64,000 nt of DNA from Dehalococcoidia bacterium (GCA_965247535.1 OZ252018.1:1909540-1973539), one strand, 5' to 3'. Positions 36,445 to 45,257 are shown, numbered from the stretch's first letter. Translations and numbers: made by a program. The notes: generated from the letters alone by a model not told the origin.

Positions 36445-36990
36445 TCATGACTGCGCGGGCTCAGAAGCTTCAGACGCCGGCACGCTGGCTCCCAGAATGC
36501 TCTCCATATGCTGGAGCGCCCACCTGTGGGCTTCCTCGTTGAAGGACGCCACCGCGCCGGTGGGCACCTCGACGGCGTAGTCCCTGTTGCGAGCGTCCGC
36601 CGTGGTGTGCAGCACGCAGATGTCCGTGCAGACTCCGCAGACAATGATCCGGTCCGGTGCCAGATCGCGCAGTCGCTGCTCCAGGTCGGTGTTGTAGAAG
36701 GCGCTGTACCGCTGCTTGCTGATGCGCTCGCCGGGGTAGGCTTCCAGCTCGGGGATGACGTCGCACTCGGCTGTCCCCTTCACGCAGTGAACCGGAAACA
36801 TCTTGAACTCCAAGTCGTCCGGCTCATGGGTGTCGCAGATGTAGAAGATGCTGGATCCTCGGGCTTTTTCGCGCTCAAGTATGGCCTGCACCTCCGGAAT
36901 GATCCTGCGAGCGCCTTCACCGCAGTAGAGGTTGTACCCCTCTTCCAGGAAACCCCGCAGCATGTCCACAACTAGCACTGCGTCCGGCAT
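36445..36990 (-). CDS. pncA: Nicotinamidase / isochorismatase-family hydrolase
   Basis: ORF 36445..37053 trimmed to ATG 36990. AVLVVDMLRGF..., KQRYSAFYNTDLEQRLR, IIVCGVCTDICVLHTTADA (catalytic Cys). Confidence 0.75.
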   Translation of the reverse strand: MPDAVLVVDMLRGFLEEGYNLYCGEGARRIIPEVQAILEREKARGSSIFYICDTHEPDDLEFKMFPVHCVKGTAECDVIPELEAYPGERISKQRYSAFYNTDLEQRLRDLAPDRIIVCGVCTDICVLHTTADARNRDYAVEVPTGAVASFNEEAHRWALQHMESILGASVPASEASEPAQS

Positions 36991-37077
36991 GGACTCACAC
37001 CTCGTCACATACTCACTTGGGCCTATATTACCCAAGAGGACGCGGAGATTCAAGGAGAGAGCGTCAGTACTTGCGCG

Positions 37078-38166
37078 CTATCGACCTTCACGCTCCGCGC
37101 TCTCCGGTGCGTCATCGGCGTGGACGGCGCGGCCGTCGCGGAAGGCCAACGGCGGGTGCGCCGGGTCCAGCCGCGCCTCCACGCGCTCACCCATCTCCAA
37201 GGGTCGCGTGTGGCTGCCCAGGCTGTGCACCACCGAGCCGGAGGCCAGCGCCACCCGGTACAGGTAGAACGCCCCCTGAAACCTCCGCTCGACAACGACT
37301 CCGCCTCCGGACGCGGCGGGACGCAGGACAACGTCGTCCGGGCGTACCATCGCCTCAAGGCCGTCCTCATCGGGTGGACGATTCGGGAGGAGCGCGCAGC
37401 CCAGCTCGGTCCGGATGGCCCCATCCTTCACGCTTGCCGGTATGAAGTCCGCCAGACCCATGAAGCCTGCAACGAACCGGGTGGATGGCGCGTGAAATAT
37501 CCGCTCGGGCGTGTCCACCTGCTCGATCCGCCCCCGGTCCATCAGCGCGATCACCTCGCCGATCACCATCGCCTCTTCCCGCGAGTGGGTCACGAATATG
37601 GCGGTCGCTCCACCTGCCTTCAGGATCTCCGCGGTATCCCGGCGCACCTGGTCCCGGAGAGCGGGGTCCAGGTTGGAAAACGGCTCGTCCAGCAGGAGCA
37701 CCTGCGGCCCGGGGGCCAGCGCCCGCGCGAGCGCAACCCTCTGCTGCTGGCCGCCCGAAAGCTCGTGCGGCATCCTATCGGCCAGCCCCTGAAGTCCCGC
37801 CAAGGCCAGCATTTCCTCCACGCGGCCGTCTCGACCCGAGCCGCGGGACAGCCCAAACGCGATGTTGCCCTTTACGCTCATGTGCGGGAACAGCGCAAAG
37901 TCCTGGAACACCATCCCAACGCTTCGCTTCTCAGGCGCCAGCGACGACTGCGGCGTCGCGACCACCCGGCCACCGACCTCCACGCTTCCCGCATCCGGCG
38001 TTTCCAGTCCTGCGATGAGGCGGAGCAGGGTTGTCTTTCCGCAGCCGCTGGGGCCCAGCAGCGCCAGCACCTGGCCGCTTTCCACGGTCAGGTCGACGCC
38101 GTCCACCGCGATCGTTGAACCGAACGCCTTGGCTACGCCTGTGCAAACCACCGCCGTCGTGTTCAT
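37078..38166 (-). CDS. fbpC: Fe(3+)/polyamine-type ABC transporter ATP-binding protein
   Basis: ORF 37078..38775 trimmed to ATG 38166, which overlaps the permease stop (ATGA). GPSGCGKTTLLRLIAGLE, LSGGQQQRVALARAL, C-terminal TOBE-like region. Confidence 0.8.
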   Translation of the reverse strand: MNTTAVVCTGVAKAFGSTIAVDGVDLTVESGQVLALLGPSGCGKTTLLRLIAGLETPDAGSVEVGGRVVATPQSSLAPEKRSVGMVFQDFALFPHMSVKGNIAFGLSRGSGRDGRVEEMLALAGLQGLADRMPHELSGGQQQRVALARALAPGPQVLLLDEPFSNLDPALRDQVRRDTAEILKAGGATAIFVTHSREEAMVIGEVIALMDRGRIEQVDTPERIFHAPSTRFVAGFMGLADFIPASVKDGAIRTELGCALLPNRPPDEDGLEAMVRPDDVVLRPAASGGGVVVERRFQGAFYLYRVALASGSVVHSLGSHTRPLEMGERVEARLDPAHPPLAFRDGRAVHADDAPESAEREGR

Positions 38167-39812
38167 CGCTCGCGCTCCTCGCTTCGCAGCACCAGGAAGG
38201 CCATCGGGACGGAGGATACAAGCAACAGAAGCACACTTTCCACGGCAGCCCGCGCGAAGAACGCCTCGCTGGCAGCACCCCAGATCGACGTGGCGAGCGT
38301 CTCGAACCCTATGGGGCTTAGAATAAGCGTGGCCGGAAGCTCCTTCATCACCAGCAGGAACACCAACGCCCCACCCGCCAGTGCGCCTGAGCGCGCCAGC
38401 GGCACCGTCACGCTGTAGACGGCCCGAAGCTGCGTGGCGCCCAAGCTCCTCGCCGCCTCCTCGAGCGCAGGACTCACCTGCAGCAGCGACGCTCTGACAG
38501 ACCCCAGCGCAGTGGGCAGGAACAGGACTACGTAGGCAAAGACCAGCATGGCCAGCGTCTGATAGAGCGGCGTGGCATAGCGCACGCCGAGAAACACCAG
38601 AGCGAGCGCCACGGCGATGCCGGGCAGAGCAAACCCCACGTAGCTGACGCGCTCGATCAGCCTCCCCATCCAGCTCGGGTAGCGGACGGCCAGCAACGCA
38701 ACGGGCAGCGCGGCTGCCACGGTCGCGGCGGCGGCTAGGGCGGAAACGAGCAGCGAGTTCCAAGCGCGGCCCCACACCAACGGGAGTGTCTCACCCGCGA
38801 GGAATCCCCGAACAGCCCAGTAAATCAACACACCCGTCGGCAAGGCCAGCGCGAGGGCCACAACCGCGATGCAGAGTGCAGCAGCCGGCCATCGCCATCT
38901 GCCCAGGCGCACCACCGCCGCGGGCCGCCTGCCTCCGGTGTCCGTGCTGTCGTAACGGGAGCGTCCCCTCGTCCGTGATTCCACCGCCAGTATGCCGATT
39001 GCCAGCGCGGCCAGCATCAGCGAGAGCACCGCGGCCGAGTCCCTTGCGAACGATCCGTATTGCACGTAGATGGCCCACGTGAAGGTCTCGTAGCGCAGCA
39101 AAGAAACGGCTCCAAAGTCGCTCAGCGTGTAGAGCGCAACCAGAAGGGCGCCCGCCGCAATTGCGGGCCTCAGCAGGGGCAGCGTCACCAGCAGGAAGGT
39201 CTGCCATGCTCCCCTGCCCAAGGACCGGGACGACTCCTCCAGTGCCGGGTCCATGCGCGCCAGTGCAGCCCTCACGGGCAGCAGCACGTACGGATAGCTC
39301 AGCAGTGTCAGGACCAGCCACGCACCGGCGAACCCGTAAATCGACGGAAGGCGGTCGACGCCCAGAGGCGCAAGCCACCCCTGCAGCAGGCCCTTCGGCC
39401 CAATGGCGGTGACTATGAGAAAGGCTCCCAGGTAGCTCGGTATGACCAGCGGCAGCGCTGTGAGAACGGCCCACAGGCCCCGCAGCGGCAGGTCGGTTCG
39501 AACTGTGAGCCACGCCAGCGGTACGGCGATCGCCGCTGAGGTCACTGTAACCGTGGCCGCCAGCAGCAACGATCGCGCCAGGATGGCGAGCGTTCGCGGC
39601 CGCAGCAGCAGATCCCACGCTTCTGCCCCCGCCTCAAGGGAGCGAAGCGCGAGGTAGACCACTGGCAGCAGCACGGCCGCCCCGACGAGCGCCGCGGGAA
39701 TCAGAAGGGCAGCCGGCGGCCGTGAACCGCGGCCCCGGCCGCCCTCGTAGAATCTCGCCCCCGTACCGGCCAGCTCGCCTAATGCCAAGTGCGGCGGCCT
39801 CCGGCTCCGCAC
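38163..39812 (-). CDS. fbpB: Fe(3+) ABC transporter permease (duplicated two-domain type)
   Basis: 549 aa, ~12 TM. Two EAA-like loops (ALEESSRSLGRGAW and ALEEAARSLGATQL). Confidence 0.8.
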   Translation of the reverse strand: MRSRRPPHLALGELAGTGARFYEGGRGRGSRPPAALLIPAALVGAAVLLPVVYLALRSLEAGAEAWDLLLRPRTLAILARSLLLAATVTVTSAAIAVPLAWLTVRTDLPLRGLWAVLTALPLVIPSYLGAFLIVTAIGPKGLLQGWLAPLGVDRLPSIYGFAGAWLVLTLLSYPYVLLPVRAALARMDPALEESSRSLGRGAWQTFLLVTLPLLRPAIAAGALLVALYTLSDFGAVSLLRYETFTWAIYVQYGSFARDSAAVLSLMLAALAIGILAVESRTRGRSRYDSTDTGGRRPAAVVRLGRWRWPAAALCIAVVALALALPTGVLIYWAVRGFLAGETLPLVWGRAWNSLLVSALAAAATVAAALPVALLAVRYPSWMGRLIERVSYVGFALPGIAVALALVFLGVRYATPLYQTLAMLVFAYVVLFLPTALGSVRASLLQVSPALEEAARSLGATQLRAVYSVTVPLARSGALAGGALVFLLVMKELPATLILSPIGFETLATSIWGAASEAFFARAAVESVLLLLVSSVPMAFLVLRSEERER

Positions 39813-39816
39813 GAAA

Positions 39817-40923
39817 CTATGGGAGCACCCCCGTCTCTTGAAGAAGCCTCACGGTCCCCTCCAGGTCTGTCATGTCCCCCGGCAGCACGTCTGGCCTGTT
39901 GATCTCCTCCAGGGGCACCAGGAGCCTGCTCGTCTTGACGCCTTCCACCAGCGGGTACTCGAAGGTCTGTCCTGCGAAGTACTGCTGGGCCACCTGGGAG
40001 AGCATGAAGTCCATAAACTTCTCGGCATTGTTCCTGTTCTTGGACGTCTCCAAGATGCCCGCACCGGCCACCATGACCACCGCGCCCGGGCCCCCGGACC
40101 TGAGGTGGTAGTTACGGGCCGGGAAGGAGTCTCCCTCCTCGGCCAGGAAGCGGAACAGGTAGTAGTGGTTGACCATGCCCACGTCTATCTCGCCAGCAGC
40201 AGCCGCGGCCACCTGGGGCGTGTTCTTAGGATACACTATCGGCTCATTGGCCTGCACGCCCTCCAGCCACTCCCTGGTTCTGTCCTCGCCCCACGTGACC
40301 CTCATGGCAGTGACCATGGCCTGAAAGGAGGCGTTGGTAGGAGCCCAGCCGATGCGTCCCTTCCAGCGCGGCTCAGTCAGGCCCCAGGCATCGTCCGGCA
40401 GATCGGCCTCGGAAAGCGCGGCGGTGTTGTACACCAACGTCCTGGCGCGGCCGGAAATGCCCACCCACCGTCCGTCCAGAGAGCGCGTCCACTCCGGAAC
40501 GCGGTCCAGAAGGGAGGCCGGAAGCGAGGCGAACATGTCCTCCACAGCGCCCAACCCGCCGGGGTCCTGCGCAAAGAACACGTCGGCCGGGCTCCTGCTG
40601 CCCTCCTCCAGCAGTGTCGACGCCAACTCAGCCGTGCCCCCGTACTTGACCTGTACTTCAATGCCTGTAAGGGCGGCAAACTGATCAATTATTGGGCCCA
40701 CGAGGCTCTCCCCCCTGCCCACGTAGAGGATCAGTTCTCCAGGCGTAGCGGCCACCTCCTCGATCTGGGCCGTTGGCGTCGGCGCCGCCGTGGCCGTTGG
40801 GCTCACGGTGGCGGTTGGTGTTTCGCCGCTGCAGGCGATCATGACCACCGTCGCAACAAAGGCGAAAACCGCTAGCAGCGGTATCGCCGCAAGGCTCCTA
40901 GGTGCTAATCTAAAGGGTGTCAC
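39817..40923 (-). CDS. fbpA: Fe(3+)-binding periplasmic lipoprotein (FbpA/FutA/IdiA type)
   Basis: 368 aa, GTG start, GGAGGT SD. Signal peptide plus lipobox (VVMIAC). LILYVGRGESLV..., GISGRARTLVYN, VNHYYLF (Tyr pair typical of ferric binding proteins). Confidence 0.8.
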   Translation of the reverse strand: MTPFRLAPRSLAAIPLLAVFAFVATVVMIACSGETPTATVSPTATAAPTPTAQIEEVAATPGELILYVGRGESLVGPIIDQFAALTGIEVQVKYGGTAELASTLLEEGSRSPADVFFAQDPGGLGAVEDMFASLPASLLDRVPEWTRSLDGRWVGISGRARTLVYNTAALSEADLPDDAWGLTEPRWKGRIGWAPTNASFQAMVTAMRVTWGEDRTREWLEGVQANEPIVYPKNTPQVAAAAAGEIDVGMVNHYYLFRFLAEEGDSFPARNYHLRSGGPGAVVMVAGAGILETSKNRNNAEKFMDFMLSQVAQQYFAGQTFEYPLVEGVKTSRLLVPLEEINRPDVLPGDMTDLEGTVRLLQETGVLP

Positions 40924-41015
40924 TATAGCAGGTACCTCCTATTGTTGTTTGTACGCCCTAGCATGTTGCTACGTTCTGCCAATGTCTAGTGCGATTCTGG
41001 CACAACGTGTGCTAG

Positions 41016-41029
41016 TTAGTATAGACTAA
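41016..41029. promoter_or_regulatory. Candidate metalloregulator operator: imperfect palindrome TTAGTATAGACTAA
   Basis: TTAG/CTAA arms read directly. It lies 8 nt downstream of the -10 of the fbpA promoter (minus strand), so it overlaps the predicted transcription start. A DtxR-family gene is adjacent. Confidence 0.4.
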
Positions 41030-41037
41030 GCGCAAGT

Positions 41038-41066
41038 TGTATACCACCCTAATTCGCTATTGTCAA
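41038..41066 (-). promoter_or_regulatory. Sigma70-like promoter for the fbpABC operon (TTGACA-N17-TATACA on the minus strand)
   Basis: The reverse complement of 41038-41066 reads TTGACAatagcgaattagggtggTATACA. It leaves a ~105-nt AT-rich leader before the fbpA GTG. Confidence 0.55.
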
Positions 41067-41082
41067 GACTTGTCCCTGCGTA

Positions 41083-41111
41083 TTGACGCGGACGCGGGCG
41101 CGAGCTATCTT
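41083..41111 (+). promoter_or_regulatory. Sigma70-like promoter for the DtxR-family gene (TTGACG-N17-TATCTT)
   Basis: Hexamers read directly. Back to back with the fbpA promoter and 18 nt upstream of ATG 41129. Confidence 0.55.
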
Positions 41112-41128
41112 TATGGGCGAGGCTGGGT

Positions 41129-41872
41129 ATGACCAATTCCAACGCAAGGGCGACCGAGGGCGCCCAAACAGGCACCGAGCGCCTGTCCCAGGTGACAGAG
41201 AACTACCTGCTCTCGCTCTATGTGCTCGGCGAGGAGGGAACGCGGGCCACCGCGGGCCACCTGGCGGAGTTCATAAGGTCGATTCCCGCAGGTGAGGGCC
41301 TGGGCACCACGCTCCCGTCTGTGCTGGGTATGCTGCGCAGGATGGCCAGGGAGGGCCTAGTGGTCCTGACATCCGACAAGGAGGTCAAGCTGACCCCGCG
41401 CGGACTGGAGCTGGCCGAGGGTATGGTGCGGCGACACCGCCTGGCCGAACGCATGGTGGTCGACCTCCTGGGACTCGAACTGCACAAGGCCCACGAGGAG
41501 GCGCACCGGCTGGAACACGCCATCTCTGCGGACCTGGAAGTGAAAATCCGCGAGAGGCTGGGCAACCCGGCCACGTGCCCGTTCGGCAGGCCAATACCCG
41601 GCAGCGGTCATCCCGTGCCGGCAGCTCCCAGGCTGTCCTTGGACCAGGCCAGGCCCGGCGTGCCATACACCGTCGACCGCGTGCCGGAGGAGGACACCGA
41701 ACTCCTCAGGTTCCTGGTTGAGCTGTGCGTGCTGCCGGAACGGAGCATTACCGTTGTGGACGCCAGCCAGTCCCGCGGCGTCATTTCCGTAAGGACTGAG
41801 CAGGGCGAGGGTGCCCTGGGCTACGGCGTAGCCTCCCGCATCTGGGTCCGGCAGGACTCCGCCAAGGAATGA
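41129..41872 (+). CDS. DtxR/IdeR/MntR-family metal-dependent transcriptional regulator with C-terminal SH3/FeoA-like domain
   Basis: 247 aa. Winged helix (TENYLLSLYVLGEEG...), metal-binding/dimerisation helix RRHRLAERMVVDLLGLELHKAHEEAHRLEHAIS, ...CPFGRPIP, then a C-terminal ~70-aa domain. Confidence 0.9.
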   Translation: MTNSNARATEGAQTGTERLSQVTENYLLSLYVLGEEGTRATAGHLAEFIRSIPAGEGLGTTLPSVLGMLRRMAREGLVVLTSDKEVKLTPRGLELAEGMVRRHRLAERMVVDLLGLELHKAHEEAHRLEHAISADLEVKIRERLGNPATCPFGRPIPGSGHPVPAAPRLSLDQARPGVPYTVDRVPEEDTELLRFLVELCVLPERSITVVDASQSRGVISVRTEQGEGALGYGVASRIWVRQDSAKE

Positions 41873-42570
41873 GGCTCTCCCATCGATACTCTTCGTGGGA
41901 GGCCGTCGACCTTCAGCGGCGAGCAGGCAATCGGGCAGGAACGTTCCTGCTGCTGACCGCGGCCGCCAACGTGGTAATGGTCTTCACGCGGGTCATGGCG
42001 GACGCGGACCAGCCCACGCTCGCTGAATCGCTGGCAGCGATCGCTGAGAGCCGCGCCATGTACGGAATGACAGGCGCGGCGCGGCTGATCTCGGGCGTCC
42101 TGCTAGTCGGCGCGGCGTTGTACCTGTGGAAAGCGTGGGCCGCTCCCTTTGGACGCGCGCAGCTCGCTGCGATTTTGCTGGCCGCATCCGGCGCGATCAC
42201 GGCCGTGAGCGGCGCCGGCGCGCTGGTCTTGGCCGCCGTCGCGGAAGCCTCCGCATCTGTAGACGAAACGGTCGAGACCGTCGCGTACCTGAGGCAGCTG
42301 ACCGGCAACCTGGGCTTCGCCACGGCGGGTATCGGCCTGGTGGCCGTGGCGCTCCGGCGACCGCTACCCGCAGACCCACATCTGCTGTTTCCTATGGCTT
42401 CGCTGGCGATCGGCATCGCAATGCAGTTCATCTGGCTGGACGCGGCGACACTGGTTCACCGGGTCGTCGGCGTCGCGTTCTTCGGGTGGCTCCTTGCTTC
42501 CGGCATCGACCTGCTGAGGAGGGGCGCGGCCCACGGCGGCGATCCCCGGCGCTGGGGCAGCGGTCCGTAG
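41869..42570 (+). CDS. Hypothetical integral membrane protein, translationally coupled to the DtxR-family gene
   Basis: 233 aa, ~6 hydrophobic segments. ATG 41869 overlaps the regulator TGA (ATGA). No family recognised with confidence. Confidence 0.6.
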   Translation: MRLSHRYSSWEAVDLQRRAGNRAGTFLLLTAAANVVMVFTRVMADADQPTLAESLAAIAESRAMYGMTGAARLISGVLLVGAALYLWKAWAAPFGRAQLAAILLAASGAITAVSGAGALVLAAVAEASASVDETVETVAYLRQLTGNLGFATAGIGLVAVALRRPLPADPHLLFPMASLAIGIAMQFIWLDAATLVHRVVGVAFFGWLLASGIDLLRRGAAHGGDPRRWGSGP

Positions 42571-42692
42571 GCACGGAAGCTATGGCATTCGACAATGCCC
42601 ATGTGCGCATGCAACGGCGCACATTCGCTGGCAAGCGAATCGTCTAGGCCCCCAGTGCCCACTAGCGGTGTGACCGGGAAGCTAAGTCCTCG

Positions 42693-44045
42693 TCACTCCT
42701 CCGGCCACGGCGCCTCTATCTCCCCGCTGCGCAGCCACTCGCCCACCGGCGCATCCGCCGGAACGAAGCGAACGTCCGGCAGGAGCGTCTCGCCGGTGAC
42801 GGCCAGGAACGCAAGCTCGATGCGCCCGTCGTTCAGGCGTCTCGCCCGGATCATGCCAACCTCACTGCCTCCCACCTGAACGGCGCTGCTGACCGACCAT
42901 CTCCCAACGCTGTGGCTGGCGTCCGTGTGGCGAGCATCCGGCAGTATGCGCAGGCCGTTGGGCAGCTCGACGCCGTGTTCCACACGGCCGTCCTCGAGCA
43001 GCCTGGCGATCACGCGCAGCGGGAGCGTTCGCGGCTCCGGTGGCGTGGGCTCTGCCACCTCCGGATCGATCTCGGCTTCCGGGTCTGAGGCGGCGGTCAC
43101 GCTGGTGGTCACAATGCCGCCTTCGCGCTCCTCGGCCGACACAATGAACGACCCCCGGCTGGCCCGCCACAATAGGGTCAGGAAGGACTATAGCCTCGGC
43201 CTTGAGATGGAAGGCGTCCGGGTCCACGAGGCGGATGACGAGGTCATAGTCGGTTAGCTCATGGGCATGGTCGCGATCGCCGTGGGTTGTGGCCTCGATC
43301 AGGTAGGTGCCCGGGGCCAGGTCATTCTCGACGCGGGAGTTGCGGCCCTGGCCTCCGTCGTCATCGCTGTACAGGTAGGCGCCATCTGAGGAGAGCAGAT
43401 AGTGGTATGGATCGCCTCCCACGAGCGCGGTGAGGTCGATGCGCACAAGGCCTTCTTCCGCTACGGTGAAGCGGAACGTCTGCGCGGGCGTGTCCTCCCG
43501 AAAGGTGGCGCCGCAGTCCTCGCCGGTCCAGGCGCCGCTGAATATCAGTCCTGCCCCGGCTTCCAGACTGCCAAGGTCCATCGGGCCGCAGTTAGTGGGT
43601 CTCGTTACCGTGAGAGTGAAGTCGGCAGGGCCGCTGTCTCGGCCCACGGCCGCCGCCGCTTCGATCAGGTAGTCTCCGGCTGGCAGGTCACGCTCGATGC
43701 GTGAGTCGAGGCCTTGGCCGGAGTCGTCGTCGTGGGCGATGCGGCTGCCATCGCTCTTCAGCAGGTGCAGGTAGGATCTCCTTCATCGGACGACAGCTTT
43801 ACCCTGACCTGCCCGCCCTCCAGCAGGCTGAAGCTGTAGTTGTGCGCGTCACGATTGGTGAAGAAGCGCGAGTCGCAGTTTTCCCCGGTCCAGCGCCCCG
43901 AGGAGGTTAGGGCATCGTCCCCACCGCCGCCCAGTGAGCCGATCTCAATGGCTTCACATCCCGCGTCCGACTGGCCCAGCGCAACCTCTACGCCCTGGAA
44001 GGTCTGGAGGGCCGCCAAGAGCGCGGCGACAGCGCACAGCAACAC
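42693..44045 (-). pseudogene. Secreted repeat protein (2 x PPC-like beta-sandwich repeats + 2 x R-x-x-A-R-x-L-x-D-G-R repeats) broken by two frameshifts
   Basis: Three overlapping minus-strand ORFs (43758..44045, 42862..43647 extended upstream, 42693..43172) join into one protein if 1 nt is added near 43773-43776 and 1 nt is removed from the C5 run at 43152-43156. The repeats are visible by eye (see finding). Confidence 0.7.
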
Positions 44046-44371
44046 TGCCGCGCGGCGAGCTAAGATGCGATCCGTCGACTTCCAGCAGTTTTATGTCCAA
44101 GGCTACCTCCGTGGCGGCGAGCGAGCCGGCGGAGCTGTTTAGTCCGGCGCACGCCATTGAGGATGACGCCGGCCAGTGGAAGGTGATACCACACAACATC
44201 AGCCGATGCCCGTACGCGTGTCCCACACGGGCCGTAGTAGACGATGGAGGACTCGTTCGGTCGCTGATGAGGGCGCTCGCGGTCCGGACTCCCAGCCTCC
44301 CACTGACGCCGAGCGATATAGGGCCTGGGGGTGGGAGTTAGAGCGGCTTGCGCGGATCACTGCCATCAGTC

Positions 44372-44401
44372 TTGACACAGTGCCTGGATGACTACTATAT
44401 T
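44372..44401 (+). promoter_or_regulatory. Sigma70-like promoter (TTGACA-N18-TATATT) ~140 nt upstream of the DUF502 gene
   Basis: Perfect -35 at 44372-44377 and -10 at 44396-44401. Followed by a comparatively AT-rich leader. Confidence 0.55.
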
Positions 44402-44540
44402 CTTCTCGCCCCACTGGCTTTCCCGTCGTTTCTCTGAGCCACCTAAAACTTAGTATTCGCAACTATTCTACCCAGCAAGCAAATCCAGGACTACAGCCCG
44501 GACTCAGATGCCGGAAGTCGCGGGCGAAGGAGCGTGAACC

Positions 44541-45257
44541 ATGCCGAATAACAGAGAACCTGACTTGGGTCAGTACGAGGAAGAGCGCCCTGGAATCCTG
44601 AAGCACATCGACAGCCACATACAGGGCCGAATGGTGGCTGGGCTGATAAACCTTCTGCCCATGCTTATCACCATCATTGTGCTGCTTTTCCTCCTCGGCA
44701 ACGCCGACGGCCTCATCAGGCCGCTGCCCTTCATCGAAGGCGAGCCGTGGGACTTCCCGGGCGTTGGTGTGGTGGTCCTGGTCGTACTGATTTACTTCGT
44801 CGGGTTGATGGTGTGGGCTAAGCCAGGTATGAAGGCGCTCGAGCTGTTGAACGCGCTCCTGAGCAGGACCCCCATAGTGAAGAGCATCTTCGGCGTGTCT
44901 CAGCAGGCGGTGGCCGCGTTCGCCTCGCAGTACAACTTCAGCCGCGTGGTATTCGTGGAGTGGCCTCGCGAAGGCATGATCGCAATGGGATTCGTCACGG
45001 GGCGCATATACGCGCCATCAAGGGAATGGTCCGTTGTGGCGGTCTACATTCCGACTGTCCCCAACCCCACGTCAGGGAACTTGGCCTTTATCATTGAGGA
45101 CGACGTGATTGAGACCGACCTGACGGTGGACGGAGCCATGAGACTCGTGTTCTCCGGAGGCATAGTGCTGCCGGAGTACCTGACGTTGGCCAGAATGCCC
45201 CGGGATCCCGACGCCGAGCCCTTGAAGATGGTGGGCCGCTTCGAGTCGGAGCGCTAG
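44541..45257 (+). CDS. DUF502 family membrane protein
   Basis: 238 aa. GAAGGAG SD. GRMVAGLINLLPMLITIIVLLFLL... and ...PTVPNPTSGNLAFI are typical of DUF502. Confidence 0.8.
   Translation: MPNNREPDLGQYEEERPGILKHIDSHIQGRMVAGLINLLPMLITIIVLLFLLGNADGLIRPLPFIEGEPWDFPGVGVVVLVVLIYFVGLMVWAKPGMKALELLNALLSRTPIVKSIFGVSQQAVAAFASQYNFSRVVFVEWPREGMIAMGFVTGRIYAPSREWSVVAVYIPTVPNPTSGNLAFIIEDDVIETDLTVDGAMRLVFSGGIVLPEYLTLARMPRDPDAEPLKMVGRFESER

Noticed and set aside
43152-43156. Programmed frameshift or phase variation at the C5/G5 run
   Set aside because: A 5-nt run is short for slipped-strand switching. The same gene has a second frameshift outside any homopolymer. No slippery heptamer plus structure is evident. 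Decay or sequencing error is simpler.
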